Part shown: piece by piece, positions 29,501 to 39,412 of the stretch
How positions within the stretch are numbered: the first letter of the stretch is position 1
How the letters are laid out: every line of letters begins with the position of its first letter
Assembly (NCBI GenBank): GCA_963833575.1
Contig: CAWHXY010000006.1
Coordinates: forward strand, 160,001-224,000
From: Candidatus Bathyarchaeota archaeon
GTDB taxonomy: Archaea > Thermoproteota > Bathyarchaeia > Bathyarchaeales > Bathycorpusculaceae
Length of the DNA stretch: 64,000 nucleotides
Reading direction: 5' to 3'
The notes under the pieces: model-generated
Database searches by the model: none
The model's input: only the letters and a program-made list of their open reading frames with translations
Told to the model about the DNA's origin: nothing
Translations under genes and position numbers: made by a program

Positions 29501-29931
29501 ACATTATAGGTTTTTTCTTTATCTTTTACTTCTTTGTATATTGCAGTAACCATCTGTCTTGTGTTAGGACATTTTTGGCATGGAACATCAAGTTCTTTGT
29601 AGACGTAATCGCCGCGTTGGAATTCGCGTTGGGTTTTTGAGCCGCACTTGCATTCGATTGTGGTCATTACTTTAGGGGTTTCAATTTTCATTTGTGCTAC
29701 TTGCCTCCTTGATTGGAATAATGTGAACACTGACATTACCAAAGCGACCGCGCCAACGATTCCAAAGAATCCTGCGGTGAGCTGGTTGGTTGAGTTGCCA
29801 GGATTGTCAGCTACCGTGACTCCTGCTATTATTATGGCTACTATTCCAAGAGCTGCTACAATTAAAACAATGAGAGTGAGGTAAGTTGAGATCCGTTTGG
29901 TTGCTGAAGTTTGATTTTGGTTTTGTGTCAT
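29497..29931 (-). CDS. Membrane protein with C-terminal zinc ribbon
   Basis: 2 TM then ECKCG..REF.RGDYV..CQKC..IY. Confidence 0.7.
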   Translation of the reverse strand: MTQNQNQTSATKRISTYLTLIVLIVAALGIVAIIIAGVTVADNPGNSTNQLTAGFFGIVGAVALVMSVFTLFQSRRQVAQMKIETPKVMTTIECKCGSKTQREFQRGDYVYKELDVPCQKCPNTRQMVTAIYKEVKDKEKTYNV

Positions 29932-29944
29932 TGCTTTATCCTCC

Positions 29945-31123
29945 TTATTGTCCTACTCCGATGGAGTTGCCGACTCCAACGATGATGATCTTGTCTCCTT
30001 CTTTGGTTCGCTCTAAGACGACGTTTTTGAGACGTTCAATTACTGGGTCAACTGCATCGTTGATTTCTTTTCGCATTGGTGAAACTGCGTCGCCGATATC
30101 TTCTTTGATGATTACAGCGTTAATTGGAATCTTGTACTTTGTCAGTTTGTCTTCAATCTTAAACTGGTCAACACCTGGTCCACCGATTGCTGCGCCAATA
30201 CCTTCTGCTACTTCGCCGACCTTTTCGCCTTCTAATTTTAAGCCTGCGTCAATCATGATAACCATGCCGATTTTGCCTTCGTTTTCTTCAATGACTGCTT
30301 CAACTGCATCTCCTGGTTTGCCAACATTGCCGCCTGGGCCTTCAGCTTTTATGATTAAAGCTGTGCGTCCTTCAAATGGCACTGTCGCCATAACGCAGTC
30401 TTTGGGTAGTTTTCGGATTTCATAGCCGTGCATTAGTTTTGCAGCGACTAATGGTCCCGCGCCATCTCCGATTGGTTGGCCATATGCAAACGCTTTAAGG
30501 GCGCTTGAGTAGGCTTCTGCTTCTTTCATAACCATTGGCAGAATCATTTGAATCTGCATTATTACGTAGAGACTCAGGGTCTTCTTGCCTTGAATGTAGT
30601 AGTGACGTATGACTTTGTAGATGAAGTTTAACGCCATGGCAGCTTCCAATGTGTTTTCTAAATTGTTCACTTGGACATCATCGCACTGTGGCGCCATCAA
30701 TTTGACTTCGTCTTTCAATCGAGCGTCTCTTACATCGAGGATGTGATCGAGTTTGTAGACTATGCCGGCTGGATCCATGCTTTGTGGCCCAATAGTGAAG
30801 TATTCTAAGTAGCGGTCAACACGAGTAGAAGGATCAACTGCGGGTTTGCCAATTTCTTTTATGGCATCTATAGCGTTTTTGCGTCCTTCTTCTTTGATGT
30901 ACTTTAATTTATGAAGCGAGTTTTCTACTTCTCGAATCATAACGTACATTTGGATTCTCTGACCATAGAAAATCAAAACTATGAAGAACACGTAAGTAAG
31001 CAGGCTTAATACCTGAGTAATTGCATCGCCCCCAGTTCCTAAAAGCTGTGCTTTCGATACGAACGGAGCGGTCACTAAAGACAATATCTGGGTAAATGCG
31101 TTGCTTCCTGGAATAATATTCAA
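29945..31123 (-). CDS. DUF1512-family protein
   Basis: DPAGIV.K, PIGDGAGPLVA, KAEGPGG.VG.PG, IDA.LKLEGE..G.VAEG.GAAIGG.G, GVGNSIGV. Confidence 0.85.
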   Translation of the reverse strand: MNIIPGSNAFTQILSLVTAPFVSKAQLLGTGGDAITQVLSLLTYVFFIVLIFYGQRIQMYVMIREVENSLHKLKYIKEEGRKNAIDAIKEIGKPAVDPSTRVDRYLEYFTIGPQSMDPAGIVYKLDHILDVRDARLKDEVKLMAPQCDDVQVNNLENTLEAAMALNFIYKVIRHYYIQGKKTLSLYVIMQIQMILPMVMKEAEAYSSALKAFAYGQPIGDGAGPLVAAKLMHGYEIRKLPKDCVMATVPFEGRTALIIKAEGPGGNVGKPGDAVEAVIEENEGKIGMVIMIDAGLKLEGEKVGEVAEGIGAAIGGPGVDQFKIEDKLTKYKIPINAVIIKEDIGDAVSPMRKEINDAVDPVIERLKNVVLERTKEGDKIIIVGVGNSIGVGQ

Positions 31124-31214
31124 TTTCTACACCACTTCTCAAAAAACTATTAAATGTCAGTTATAAAGCTATGCCATATCTACCCAAGTTTTAAGCTGAA
31201 ATAAATAAAAGAGG

Positions 31215-31333
31215 GCTGCCAGCTTTCCCAGGTTCACGTGGCCTAAGACCACACTACAGCTGGAAACGGAACACGGTTTAACTTCTGAGTTCGGTATGGG
31301 ATCAGGTGGAACCCGTGCCCTATGACCGGCAAA
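31215..31333 (-). rRNA. rrf: 5S rRNA (stand-alone)
   Basis: Minus strand TTGCCGGTCATAG...CCACCTGATCCCATACCGAACTCAGAAGTTAA...CTGGCAGC; helix I GCCGG/CTGGC; T-rich tract downstream; ends approximate. Confidence 0.95.
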
Positions 31334-31439
31334 CCCAGCAATACTGATTAACGTTCCTAAATAAACCCTTCGTTTTTTTATAAAAAAACTGTTGAAGAAA
31401 TCAAGAATGTTGATGATAAGCAACTTCAAGGACACTTTT

Positions 31440-32441
31440 TTAATTTGTTTTAGCGTCTAAATACATCTGCGCGCAACAATATGAGGAAAAAGAAACTTCA
31501 AAACCTGCACTTTGAGCATATTTAACTGCTTCTTCACTGGGAAAAGCTATGGCTTCAACCCCAGCTTTTAACGCCAAAACATCTGTTTCCCCACGGTTTG
31601 CGCCTTTGGGACGCATGCAACCCAAAACCAAAGGAGTTTCAGGAAACATATTACGAGCTATCATGGCGACTTTGGCTATGTCTATTGGTTTGGGTGGCCG
31701 TGTTTTCGCCATGGTTGTTCCATGGATAGGCATGAACGCGATTATTACTATTGCTGAGGGCTTAATTGTCTTCATCATGTTAAGCGCTTTTAGTTCGCCG
31801 TCTAGTCTGCCCTCATTTAATCCTACAATAACATGGGGCACAAAATTCAGGCCTGCAGCATCAATGGCTTTTAATGATTTTGAGTAATCTTCTGGGGTTA
31901 CAGTAAGGTTGTAAATCTTCTTTATTGTTTCACCTGAACCTATGACGTCAATCAAGACTGCATCAACTCCAGCATCCTTAAGCGAAACAGCAGTTTCCAA
32001 ACTAATTATCCCTGAATGAACAAACAAGGTCAATCCAAGTTCATGCTTAATTCTTTTAAATGTTTGAACGAATCCATCAAGAGGCACTGAGCCATCAGGC
32101 AAACATCCTCCACTGACAAGGCAGCCTAGAGCCCCACCTTGTTTAAGCTTTAAGCATAAATCGAAAAGTTCTTTTTCTGATAACACAGGGTGCATAGTTT
32201 GCAGTACTTTGCCCCCACAATGCTTACAGTTCAGGGTGCAAGATGTTCCAGTTATAGAAATTGTCGGAAAATCCGTTGTTGATGAACAGAAATATTTTGT
32301 TTTGTAATAAGTAAAGCTTGGGGCATAGAAATGGATTTTCTTAGGTTTCAGTGCTAACTCCGCTTTCTCTAATAGGTTTAAAACCTCTTTTTGATTTAGT
32401 TTCCAAATTTCTTCTGGAGAGAGCTGAAACATTCTTTTCAA
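31440..32441 (-). CDS. lipS1: Radical SAM protein, archaeal lipoyl synthase LipS1-type
   Basis: CTLNCKHC, LVSGG, PHV.VGL, plus the LGCMRP and C-terminal CC motifs described for LipS1. Confidence 0.72.
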   Translation of the reverse strand: MKRMFQLSPEEIWKLNQKEVLNLLEKAELALKPKKIHFYAPSFTYYKTKYFCSSTTDFPTISITGTSCTLNCKHCGGKVLQTMHPVLSEKELFDLCLKLKQGGALGCLVSGGCLPDGSVPLDGFVQTFKRIKHELGLTLFVHSGIISLETAVSLKDAGVDAVLIDVIGSGETIKKIYNLTVTPEDYSKSLKAIDAAGLNFVPHVIVGLNEGRLDGELKALNMMKTIKPSAIVIIAFMPIHGTTMAKTRPPKPIDIAKVAMIARNMFPETPLVLGCMRPKGANRGETDVLALKAGVEAIAFPSEEAVKYAQSAGFEVSFSSYCCAQMYLDAKTN

Positions 32442-32662
32442 TGTAAGAATTAACTGTGTGGCTTATGAGTTTAGCGCAAACACAGTTTGCTAGCGGATTT
32501 TCCAGCGCGCTTTCGATAGTTGAATCAGCACATTCACATCCAAGCTATATAAGCGCTTCAAGCAAGGTAGCGATTATTTTTCCGACATATTTTTTATTAA
32601 GGAAATATAATAATTACAACTCAGAGCTTGAACATTTTTTGACGATACTTTCAGGATAGATT

Positions 32663-33619
32663 ATGAACCGAAAAGACCTTTTTCAATTATTCAAGACGTC
32701 ATTCAAAGATTGGCGAGAAGATAACGTTACATTGCGAGCAGCGGCGTTAACATTCTTCATAATTCTACCCCTGCCATCATTGCTGCTTATAGTGGCTGCA
32801 ATTTATGCTATGTTTGTTGGTCAAACTTATGCTGCACAACAGGTGATTCAACAGATTACTTCTTTGGCCGGACCTGCTGTTGCGGGACTATTCAATGAGC
32901 TGCTTGCAAGCTCATCGTCACCCTTCACCTCTCTCTGGGGAGCTCTCACTTTGGTAGTTTTTTCAGTAGCGGGGGCAATAGGCACATTTGCCGTCTTACG
33001 TGACATAATGGATGTAATATGGGAAGTTAAATCTCCTCTTAGAAAACCGAATTTTTCAATAAGAGTTAAACAAAGAATTGGGCCGTTTATCGTCGTTTCT
33101 GGGCTTGGATTGATTGTAATAGCTTGGACAGGAATAGCAACCCTTCTGTTTAGTGCGATAAGGTTATATTCAATAAATGGAACGTTAACGTTTGTTGCCG
33201 TCGAGATAGCTCAAGTTCTGCTGTCGTTTTGTTTGGCAACACTACTTTTTGCGCTGATTTACAAAGTAATTCCAGAAGTAAGAGTTCATTGGATAGACGT
33301 AATCTTGCCTGCGGTAGTTACAGGCATTGCCTTTACCGTCGCGAATTATTTCTTAGGCATTTACATTCGAATCTTCACAGTGACCACAATAATTGGTGCT
33401 GCAGGCTCACTGATTATTATTTTATTATGGATTTTTATTTTAAATCAAATTGTTTTATTTGGCGCTGAGATCTCTAAGGTTTACGCTACAACAATTGGTC
33501 CTCATCCAAAACAACATTTGCCCGGTAGAGTGGAAAAGATACTTACAGCTTTAGATGAAGCAGAAGAAAAAATAGAAGAAGCAACAGGAAAAAACGTCGA
33601 CACCCACGGAGAAAACTAA
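32663..33619 (+). CDS. YihY/BrkB-family membrane protein
   Basis: AAALTFF..LPLP, LIYK..P, GAAGSLII.LLW, LFGAE. Confidence 0.9.
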   Translation: MNRKDLFQLFKTSFKDWREDNVTLRAAALTFFIILPLPSLLLIVAAIYAMFVGQTYAAQQVIQQITSLAGPAVAGLFNELLASSSSPFTSLWGALTLVVFSVAGAIGTFAVLRDIMDVIWEVKSPLRKPNFSIRVKQRIGPFIVVSGLGLIVIAWTGIATLLFSAIRLYSINGTLTFVAVEIAQVLLSFCLATLLFALIYKVIPEVRVHWIDVILPAVVTGIAFTVANYFLGIYIRIFTVTTIIGAAGSLIIILLWIFILNQIVLFGAEISKVYATTIGPHPKQHLPGRVEKILTALDEAEEKIEEATGKNVDTHGEN

Positions 33620-33748
33620 ATCAACTCTTAGAATGCTCATAATCCGGTCCTTAGACCTTTTGCTAAATTAATTTATGCATTGCTACCAAGATTTCAGGAT
33701 TTTTACAGGAGCGATTGCCGTTTAGGAAGTATTTTTCCTGACGTATGC

Positions 33749-34171
33749 TTACCATCTGAGAACTAATTTGATTACGCCTAGTGCTATTCCCATAGATACT
33801 ACACCGCTAATTATTGTTCCCACGATCAATGGAGGATAAAATTTTTTGGACTGAATACATAGCAGACGGCCAATAATTGCTACCTGTATTGGTGAGAGCA
33901 AAAACATCCCAAATATTATGCCTATCCAAGCATATTTGTTAATGATTCTTTGACCTCTAGCTGTTCTTTTTTCGAGCCAACTTCTGAAGCCTTTCTTCCA
34001 TTCAAGTAGTCTTTCAACAACTAATATGGAAGCAAAAACCGTTAACATATTTATTGTGAGAGTCGATGCAAAAACCAATATAGGGTTGAATCCGACGGCG
34101 ACTCCATAAAGCATGCCTCCTAGGCATTCAAAGACGATAGATATGAGAATGTAGATAAAGATCTCGTACAT
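33749..34171 (-). CDS. Small membrane protein (putative small multidrug export family)
   Basis: 4 TM; FE..GG..YG, INKY.WIG. Confidence 0.55.
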   Translation of the reverse strand: MYEIFIYILISIVFECLGGMLYGVAVGFNPILVFASTLTINMLTVFASILVVERLLEWKKGFRSWLEKRTARGQRIINKYAWIGIIFGMFLLSPIQVAIIGRLLCIQSKKFYPPLIVGTIISGVVSMGIALGVIKLVLRW

Positions 34172-34230
34172 TCATCCACCACTTCGTAGAGCAATAATCC
34201 CAATAACGGGAGTACATGGTTATTTTGAGG

Positions 34231-34308
34231 TGGTGGGCCGAGCCGGATTTGAACTGGCGACCTTTCGATTATCAGTCGAACGCTCCAGCCGTGCTGAGCT
34301 ACCGGCCC
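34231..34308 (-). tRNA. tRNA-Ile(GAT), CCA encoded, no intron
   Basis: GGGCCGG TA GCTCAGCACGGCTGGAGC G TTCGA CT-GAT-AA TCGAA AGGTC GCCAG TTCAAAT CCGGC TCGGCCC A CCA. Confidence 0.95.
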
Positions 34309-34324
34309 ACCTTGTGAAGCACAG

Positions 34325-34355
34325 AACTTAATATAATGTTAGTTTATAAGAATTG
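34325..34355. promoter_or_regulatory. Divergent TATA-like boxes between the two tRNAs
   Basis: TTAATATAA and TTTATAAG in the 95-bp spacer. Confidence 0.5.
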
Positions 34356-34403
34356 TCATAAATCTTTTAATGCTACACCATTATTGCTTGTTTTGTTAAG
34401 AGT

Positions 34404-34482
34404 GGGCTCGTAGCCTAGCACGGATTAAGGTGTCGGCCTTCGGAGCCGGAGATCGTGGGTTCAAATCCCACCGGGCCCGCCA
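34404..34482 (+). tRNA. tRNA-Arg(TCG), CCA encoded, no intron
   Basis: GGGCTCG TA GCCTAGCACGGATTAAGGT G TCGGC CT-TCG-GA GCCGG AGATC GTGGG TTCAAAT CCCAC CGGGCCC G CCA. Confidence 0.96.
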
Positions 34483-34649
34483 CATAAATTTTTGCCTCCT
34501 TGCCTCAAAGTCCTAAACCACAAATGCAACTCTAAAATTGCGACTCTTAGCCACCCGACTACGACATTGATCACAGCTTTTGTGACAATTGCAAACGACG
34601 CACACAACGTTAAGTCTCAATTTCTAGAAAAGACACTAAGCGACACTAC

Positions 34650-35357
34650 ATGAAGACTACAAACGTAATCGTTTTCCTCTTTGTAATAGTCTTATTAGTA
34701 ATTTCTGGAAATGCTGCGATGGTTCAAACACAATCTTCACAAACACAAATCCTTACCCATGATTTTGGCGATAACGCCGAAATCAATTCGGCAGACACGA
34801 ACGTTTTTGCCTATGATGTAAGTCAAAGTTTGGAAAATGAACCAAATGGCGGATGGGTAAGCGACAACATTTACCAAGTAAACTGGACTATACGGCTCGA
34901 CTATATTAACCAAGATATCATTAATGGCAGCAGTTACATTCTCTTCTTTTTGCCCTCACCTTTAGATACGAATTCCAACGTCGCGACACAAGCTATTACA
35001 AATCAAACGCAACTGAACCTTACTCAGAAAACTGGAACATTATGCGTAACGTTCAAACCCGAGAATATCACAGGCTACTTCTTTAGTCTCAATCTCCGAT
35101 TTGCAGTCTACATTAACGGCGTAATTGCAACGAATCATTTGAGAACCGATGCTTCTCAAAACGCAGGATTTTCAACCGAGATATCTCAAAACACAGAATT
35201 CTCACCCAATACATTAAGTAATGAAAACTCATTGGAAGTAGCACAAGCCCCAGAGATTCCATCGTTAGCGGTTGTAACAACGCTGTTGATTGCAGTCTTT
35301 GTGATCAGTTTAGTACTGTTGATGGTAAGAAAACGTATTGCAAACCACCCAACCTGA
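34650..35357 (+). CDS. Secreted surface protein with PEF-CTERM-like sorting signal
   Basis: Signal peptide; C-terminal APEIP, TM helix, RKR. Confidence 0.65.
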   Translation: MKTTNVIVFLFVIVLLVISGNAAMVQTQSSQTQILTHDFGDNAEINSADTNVFAYDVSQSLENEPNGGWVSDNIYQVNWTIRLDYINQDIINGSSYILFFLPSPLDTNSNVATQAITNQTQLNLTQKTGTLCVTFKPENITGYFFSLNLRFAVYINGVIATNHLRTDASQNAGFSTEISQNTEFSPNTLSNENSLEVAQAPEIPSLAVVTTLLIAVFVISLVLLMVRKRIANHPT

Positions 35358-35370
35358 CAATCTTGTTTGC

Positions 35371-35778
35371 TCATTTATTGAGCAAAGAAATAATGAAACT
35401 TTGTATTTCCTCAAGACGAGATTGAAGGCTATCCAGAGCTGTTTTACCCGAATCTCCCAAAGCGTAAAATCTGGTTTTTTTATCTGGAATTACCTTAATG
35501 TATCCTCTCCGTTCTAGTTTGTAGAGAATAGAATATAGGGTGCCAGGGCTCATTCGAATATCATATTTTTTGAGGAAGAAATCTATTATATCCGGAGCAC
35601 TTAGAGCTTCCTTTCTAGTCAATTCTTCCAGAATCGCAATATCTGAGAATGCCTTAAGGAGCTTCCGTTTTTCTTCCAACACGAATTTATTGTCAAAAAC
35701 TGGATCAACTGTTGAATTTTCCAAAAAACTAGTTGGCTCATCGCTAAGGTGGATTCTATCTACCATTCCCACACACAC
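35371..35778 (-). CDS. PadR-family wHTH regulator
   Basis: D.AIL..L, SPGTLYSILYKLERRGYI, FYAL...G. Confidence 0.85.
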   Translation of the reverse strand: MCVGMVDRIHLSDEPTSFLENSTVDPVFDNKFVLEEKRKLLKAFSDIAILEELTRKEALSAPDIIDFFLKKYDIRMSPGTLYSILYKLERRGYIKVIPDKKTRFYALGDSGKTALDSLQSRLEEIQSFIISLLNK

Positions 35779-35928
35779 TCGAAGCTCAATTGTTATTCTT
35801 CAGATTTAAAACTATCGCTTGCACTATATTCGGCAAAGCTTTAATTCAGAATTCGTTTATAGGAAACATCTTGAGGGTGTGTGCGTGCGTTTACTAACAT
35901 GTAACTTTAGGTTGGGAGGGGTGAGGGA

Positions 35929-37404
35929 ATGAATCAAGACTTTGTTATGAAATTAATCAGGTATCCGCCAGTTGGAAAATTGGCGTTGAACATGATGAAA
36001 AACAACGCCCTCAAACCATTTCTTATTTCATCCAAAGTTATTGCTGAGAAACAAGAAAAAATATTAAGAAAGAAGTTTCGAATTTTAGAACATACAGAAA
36101 TTGGAAGAAAACTCGGCGTAAAAGAGGGAGGAAAGCTAGAAGCACTTCCAGTTACAGATTATGAGTTTTATGCGCCTTTCTTCAACAATCCTTCTTCGAA
36201 CTCTCTAATGTATCCATTGAATGAATACGAACGAACAAGAACCAGCGGCACATCGGGAAAAGAGAAGTGGTTTTTGATACCGAGAAGCTATATCTACAAA
36301 TCAATAATTGAGACTGCTATACAAGTCCAACTTTTCTCTACTCATGATGGTGATAAAATTAGGTTGGATTATGGCGATACGATTTATATTAACACTGCTC
36401 CAAGGCCATTTTTAGGGGGAGTAATGGTTTCAGTGGCTTCTGGCAAAAAAGAAAAACCACCATTATTCAATGTGGTGCCTAATTTTAATATTTCATTTGA
36501 GGATAAAGTAAAATATTTTACTAATAATTGTGACCAAATAGATGTTGCTGTTACTCAAGCGTCCATACTTGTATCTCAAATAATGCCTGCTGCAAAAAAG
36601 GCTGTAAATCTGAAAGGATTATTTTGTCCAGACACTACTATTGCTGAGTCGTACTTTGATGAAATACAAAAATTCACTGGAGTCACGCCTAGAACTGCTT
36701 ATGGCTCGACTGAAACATTACATTGTTCAATCCCATCAGTGCAACATCCGCTGGGTTTCTTTCTAGACTGGAGACGAGGCTTTTTTGAGTTTAAATCTTT
36801 GAAACATGAAGAAGAAAAAGAAATAGTGGGCATTGATCAAGTAAAAGTTGGCGAAGTTTACCGAGTAATATTTACAAATCTTGAAGCGGATTTAACCCGT
36901 TATAACACGTCAAATTCGTTCAAATGTATTGCCACTGGAGATGATATTCTTGGCATTGATTACCCCATTTTCAAGTTCCATTCAAGATTAGATAAAACAA
37001 TTTCTCTGCACAACTTTACAAGGATAAATGAAAATGAACTCACAACAGCTTTGAAGGAAAGCAAAATACAGTGTGTCGAATTTGTAGCCAAGAGTGAAAT
37101 AACCGAAGGATTAGAATACCTGACACTTTATTTGGAGACCACAGATTGTCAAAATAAAGAAGATATTTCAAAAGCAATCCATAAAAGCCTTTATCAAATG
37201 GACGAGGCTTACAAGGATCTAGTCGATTTTTACCATTATTCTCCAATAAAAGTGGTTCTCTTACCTGAAGGTACTTTCGGAAAATACTTGACGCTAAAAG
37301 CTGCAACAGTTTCAAAAGTTGGAAGGATTGAGATGCCTGATGAAGAAATTAATAAGCTGATTCAAATAGCCAAAAGTAAGGACAACACATGGCAATCGAC
37401 CTAA
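35929..37404 (+). CDS. GH3-family acyl-adenylate/acyl-amido synthetase
   Basis: LPVTDYE.Y, RTSGTSGKEKW..IP (motif I), AYGSTE (motif II), FFEF, VKVGEVYRVIFT...LTRY (motif III region), F.SR. Confidence 0.82.
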   Translation: MNQDFVMKLIRYPPVGKLALNMMKNNALKPFLISSKVIAEKQEKILRKKFRILEHTEIGRKLGVKEGGKLEALPVTDYEFYAPFFNNPSSNSLMYPLNEYERTRTSGTSGKEKWFLIPRSYIYKSIIETAIQVQLFSTHDGDKIRLDYGDTIYINTAPRPFLGGVMVSVASGKKEKPPLFNVVPNFNISFEDKVKYFTNNCDQIDVAVTQASILVSQIMPAAKKAVNLKGLFCPDTTIAESYFDEIQKFTGVTPRTAYGSTETLHCSIPSVQHPLGFFLDWRRGFFEFKSLKHEEEKEIVGIDQVKVGEVYRVIFTNLEADLTRYNTSNSFKCIATGDDILGIDYPIFKFHSRLDKTISLHNFTRINENELTTALKESKIQCVEFVAKSEITEGLEYLTLYLETTDCQNKEDISKAIHKSLYQMDEAYKDLVDFYHYSPIKVVLLPEGTFGKYLTLKAATVSKVGRIEMPDEEINKLIQIAKSKDNTWQST

Positions 37405-38552
37405 ATCTCTTAGCAGAGACGGCTAATTCGCTGGTCACTATAACCTGCGGTCTATTGCTGATATATCTTATTCAACGTGGAAAACTGCAGCATAATCGAT
37501 TTTATTACAGTTGGTCCGCAGGTTTTATTTTGTATGGAGTTTACATTTTTTTGAGGCCCTTATCCGCAAATGTTTTGATCGATATTCCTATGGTAATTGC
37601 ATTTCTCATTTTCATTCCATTTTCAATGTTCACATTGAATTCTCAGAAAAATGTAACCGCGCTAATTTTTGCTGCTACAATGCTTATCGTTATTTTGTTT
37701 GTGCCTTTTTCATATTTTGGTTATCTTAAGGAGAGTGTGTCTTTTTGGATTATCTCGTCTGTACTTTTTTACTTACCCGTTACTATTGTTATAGCAACGC
37801 ATAGAAAAATTTTTGGAAGTAGTGTAGATAAGTTTTTGATAGGCTGGGTTTCGCTATTTCTTGTAAACATCTTCTTTCCACTAGGAAACTGGATAACGAA
37901 TGCTCTTGCAATTGGGTGTAAACTTTTTTTGTTCATGGGGCTATTGGATTACGATTTTGCCATAGCTACAGAAAAAATCCGAAAAGGACTAGCGCCAAGT
38001 AGCCTGTCCCCAATTTCTGGGAATTGCGCTAAGGATGAAGGTGGCTTCGAACTCGTGCTGCTTAAACCCAGGGCAGAAGCTCCTTTGCCAATTGTGTCAA
38101 AATGGCTAGTTGATCACGTTGAGAAAAACATAAGTGGAAATGTTGAAACGACAGTTCTAATCTTGCAAGATGTTCTTCCCTATAATGTTGTACGGTCAAT
38201 CGTTTGGAGCAAGCCAAATCTTATTCGCGTTCTCTTCTTTTCTGATGGAGTTTCTTCAAGCAATCAAGAATTCAAAACTCTAAAATTTGGCGTAACTGAA
38301 ATAGGTGCAACCATCAATGAGGTAGCAAAATCAGAATCTAAAGCTAACCAATGCGGCGAAATAATCATAGTGGACCTTTCAATTATGATTTATAAGTTTG
38401 GAGTTAACCAAGTTTATGACTTATTATTGAACAAAATGGGAATTTTAAGATCCAATGGAACTAAATTGATAGCTCTTTTTCACCCACAGGCGCATGAAGA
38501 TCGTGTGACAGCTCTTTTCAAAACAATTGCCAATCGCATAACGAACTTGTAA
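37389..38552 (+). CDS. Multi-TM (about 7) sensor fused to a DUF835-like (inactive KaiC/RecA-fold) domain
   Basis: About 7 hydrophobic helices, then IIIVDLS.MIY.FG...VY..L....LR......IAL.HP..H; no Walker A; overlaps the GH3 stop. Confidence 0.62.
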   Translation: MAIDLNLLAETANSLVTITCGLLLIYLIQRGKLQHNRFYYSWSAGFILYGVYIFLRPLSANVLIDIPMVIAFLIFIPFSMFTLNSQKNVTALIFAATMLIVILFVPFSYFGYLKESVSFWIISSVLFYLPVTIVIATHRKIFGSSVDKFLIGWVSLFLVNIFFPLGNWITNALAIGCKLFLFMGLLDYDFAIATEKIRKGLAPSSLSPISGNCAKDEGGFELVLLKPRAEAPLPIVSKWLVDHVEKNISGNVETTVLILQDVLPYNVVRSIVWSKPNLIRVLFFSDGVSSSNQEFKTLKFGVTEIGATINEVAKSESKANQCGEIIIVDLSIMIYKFGVNQVYDLLLNKMGILRSNGTKLIALFHPQAHEDRVTALFKTIANRITNL

Positions 38553-38686
38553 AAAGAACAAAGCCACAACTTAGATGCTATCTTAAGATAAAGAATTGCA
38601 AAGGTTCTGGAGACATTTTTAGCTGTAGATTAGCTACAAATTTGATAAACTTCTTCAGAAAAACTTACCAACGAAGGACGAGCTTG

Positions 38687-39412
38687 TTAAATTCTGATGG
38701 TTTCTGATGCGAATACTCTTAGTCCATTCTCTGTAATTTCATATTTTCGCGGTTGGTCGTCATGGGCTGTTCCTCTCATTTTTTCTACTCTGATTGTTTT
38801 AGTGACCAGAAAGTTCCGTAGTGTCTGTGCCATGATGATAACGCCGTCAGCTAGGTATTCTTCCACGTAGAAGTCATCTTCTGAGGGTGAGGAAGATTCA
38901 GAGGTTATCACTGAGGTGCACTTTAGTTTTCGTAGCGATTTTATTAATTCGAGGATTTCAAGTCTTTTGTCAGTTGGAAACCGCTGATGAATTATTGCGC
39001 TTGTAATAGGGTCAACAACTAGTCTTGTTGCTCCAAAACTTTCTGCTTCAATTACTATTTGATTAACGATTTGAGAGATCACTGGTTTGGGCGAGTTATA
39101 ATTGCTTTTAATTTCCTCACTGAATTTGAAGACCAATGGGCTGCCATCAATTAATTTGAGCATATTCTTTTTTTCCAGTTTCTCCAAATCTAAGCCTACA
39201 CTCGCTGCAGCCATTCTAATTGAGTCAATAGGTTCTTCAAGCGTTAGGTAGATACCTTTCTCCCCTTTTTTTGCACCTTCAGCAATAAATTGAAGAGAAA
39301 AAATAGTTTTCCCAGTTCCTGGTCCACCGCGAACTAAGATTATCTTGTTTTCGAGAAAACCTCCACCAAGCATCTCGTCTAAACCCGTTACGCCGGTCGA
39401 TATTCGAATCAT
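38687..39412 (-). CDS. Single-domain KaiC/RAD55-like ATPase
   Basis: RISTGV.GLDEMLGGG, GGPGTGKT, YLTLEE, RLVVDP, EEYLADGVI, VEKMRGT.HD. Confidence 0.93.
   Translation of the reverse strand: MIRISTGVTGLDEMLGGGFLENKIILVRGGPGTGKTIFSLQFIAEGAKKGEKGIYLTLEEPIDSIRMAAASVGLDLEKLEKKNMLKLIDGSPLVFKFSEEIKSNYNSPKPVISQIVNQIVIEAESFGATRLVVDPITSAIIHQRFPTDKRLEILELIKSLRKLKCTSVITSESSSPSEDDFYVEEYLADGVIIMAQTLRNFLVTKTIRVEKMRGTAHDDQPRKYEITENGLRVFASETIRI

Noticed and set aside
31169-31435. 88-aa minus-strand ORF
   Set aside because: It overlies the 5S rRNA gene
34455-34482. tRNA-Arg 3' end as the attachment site of an integrated element
   Set aside because: No duplicate of this sequence and no integrase was seen in the window (by-eye search only)
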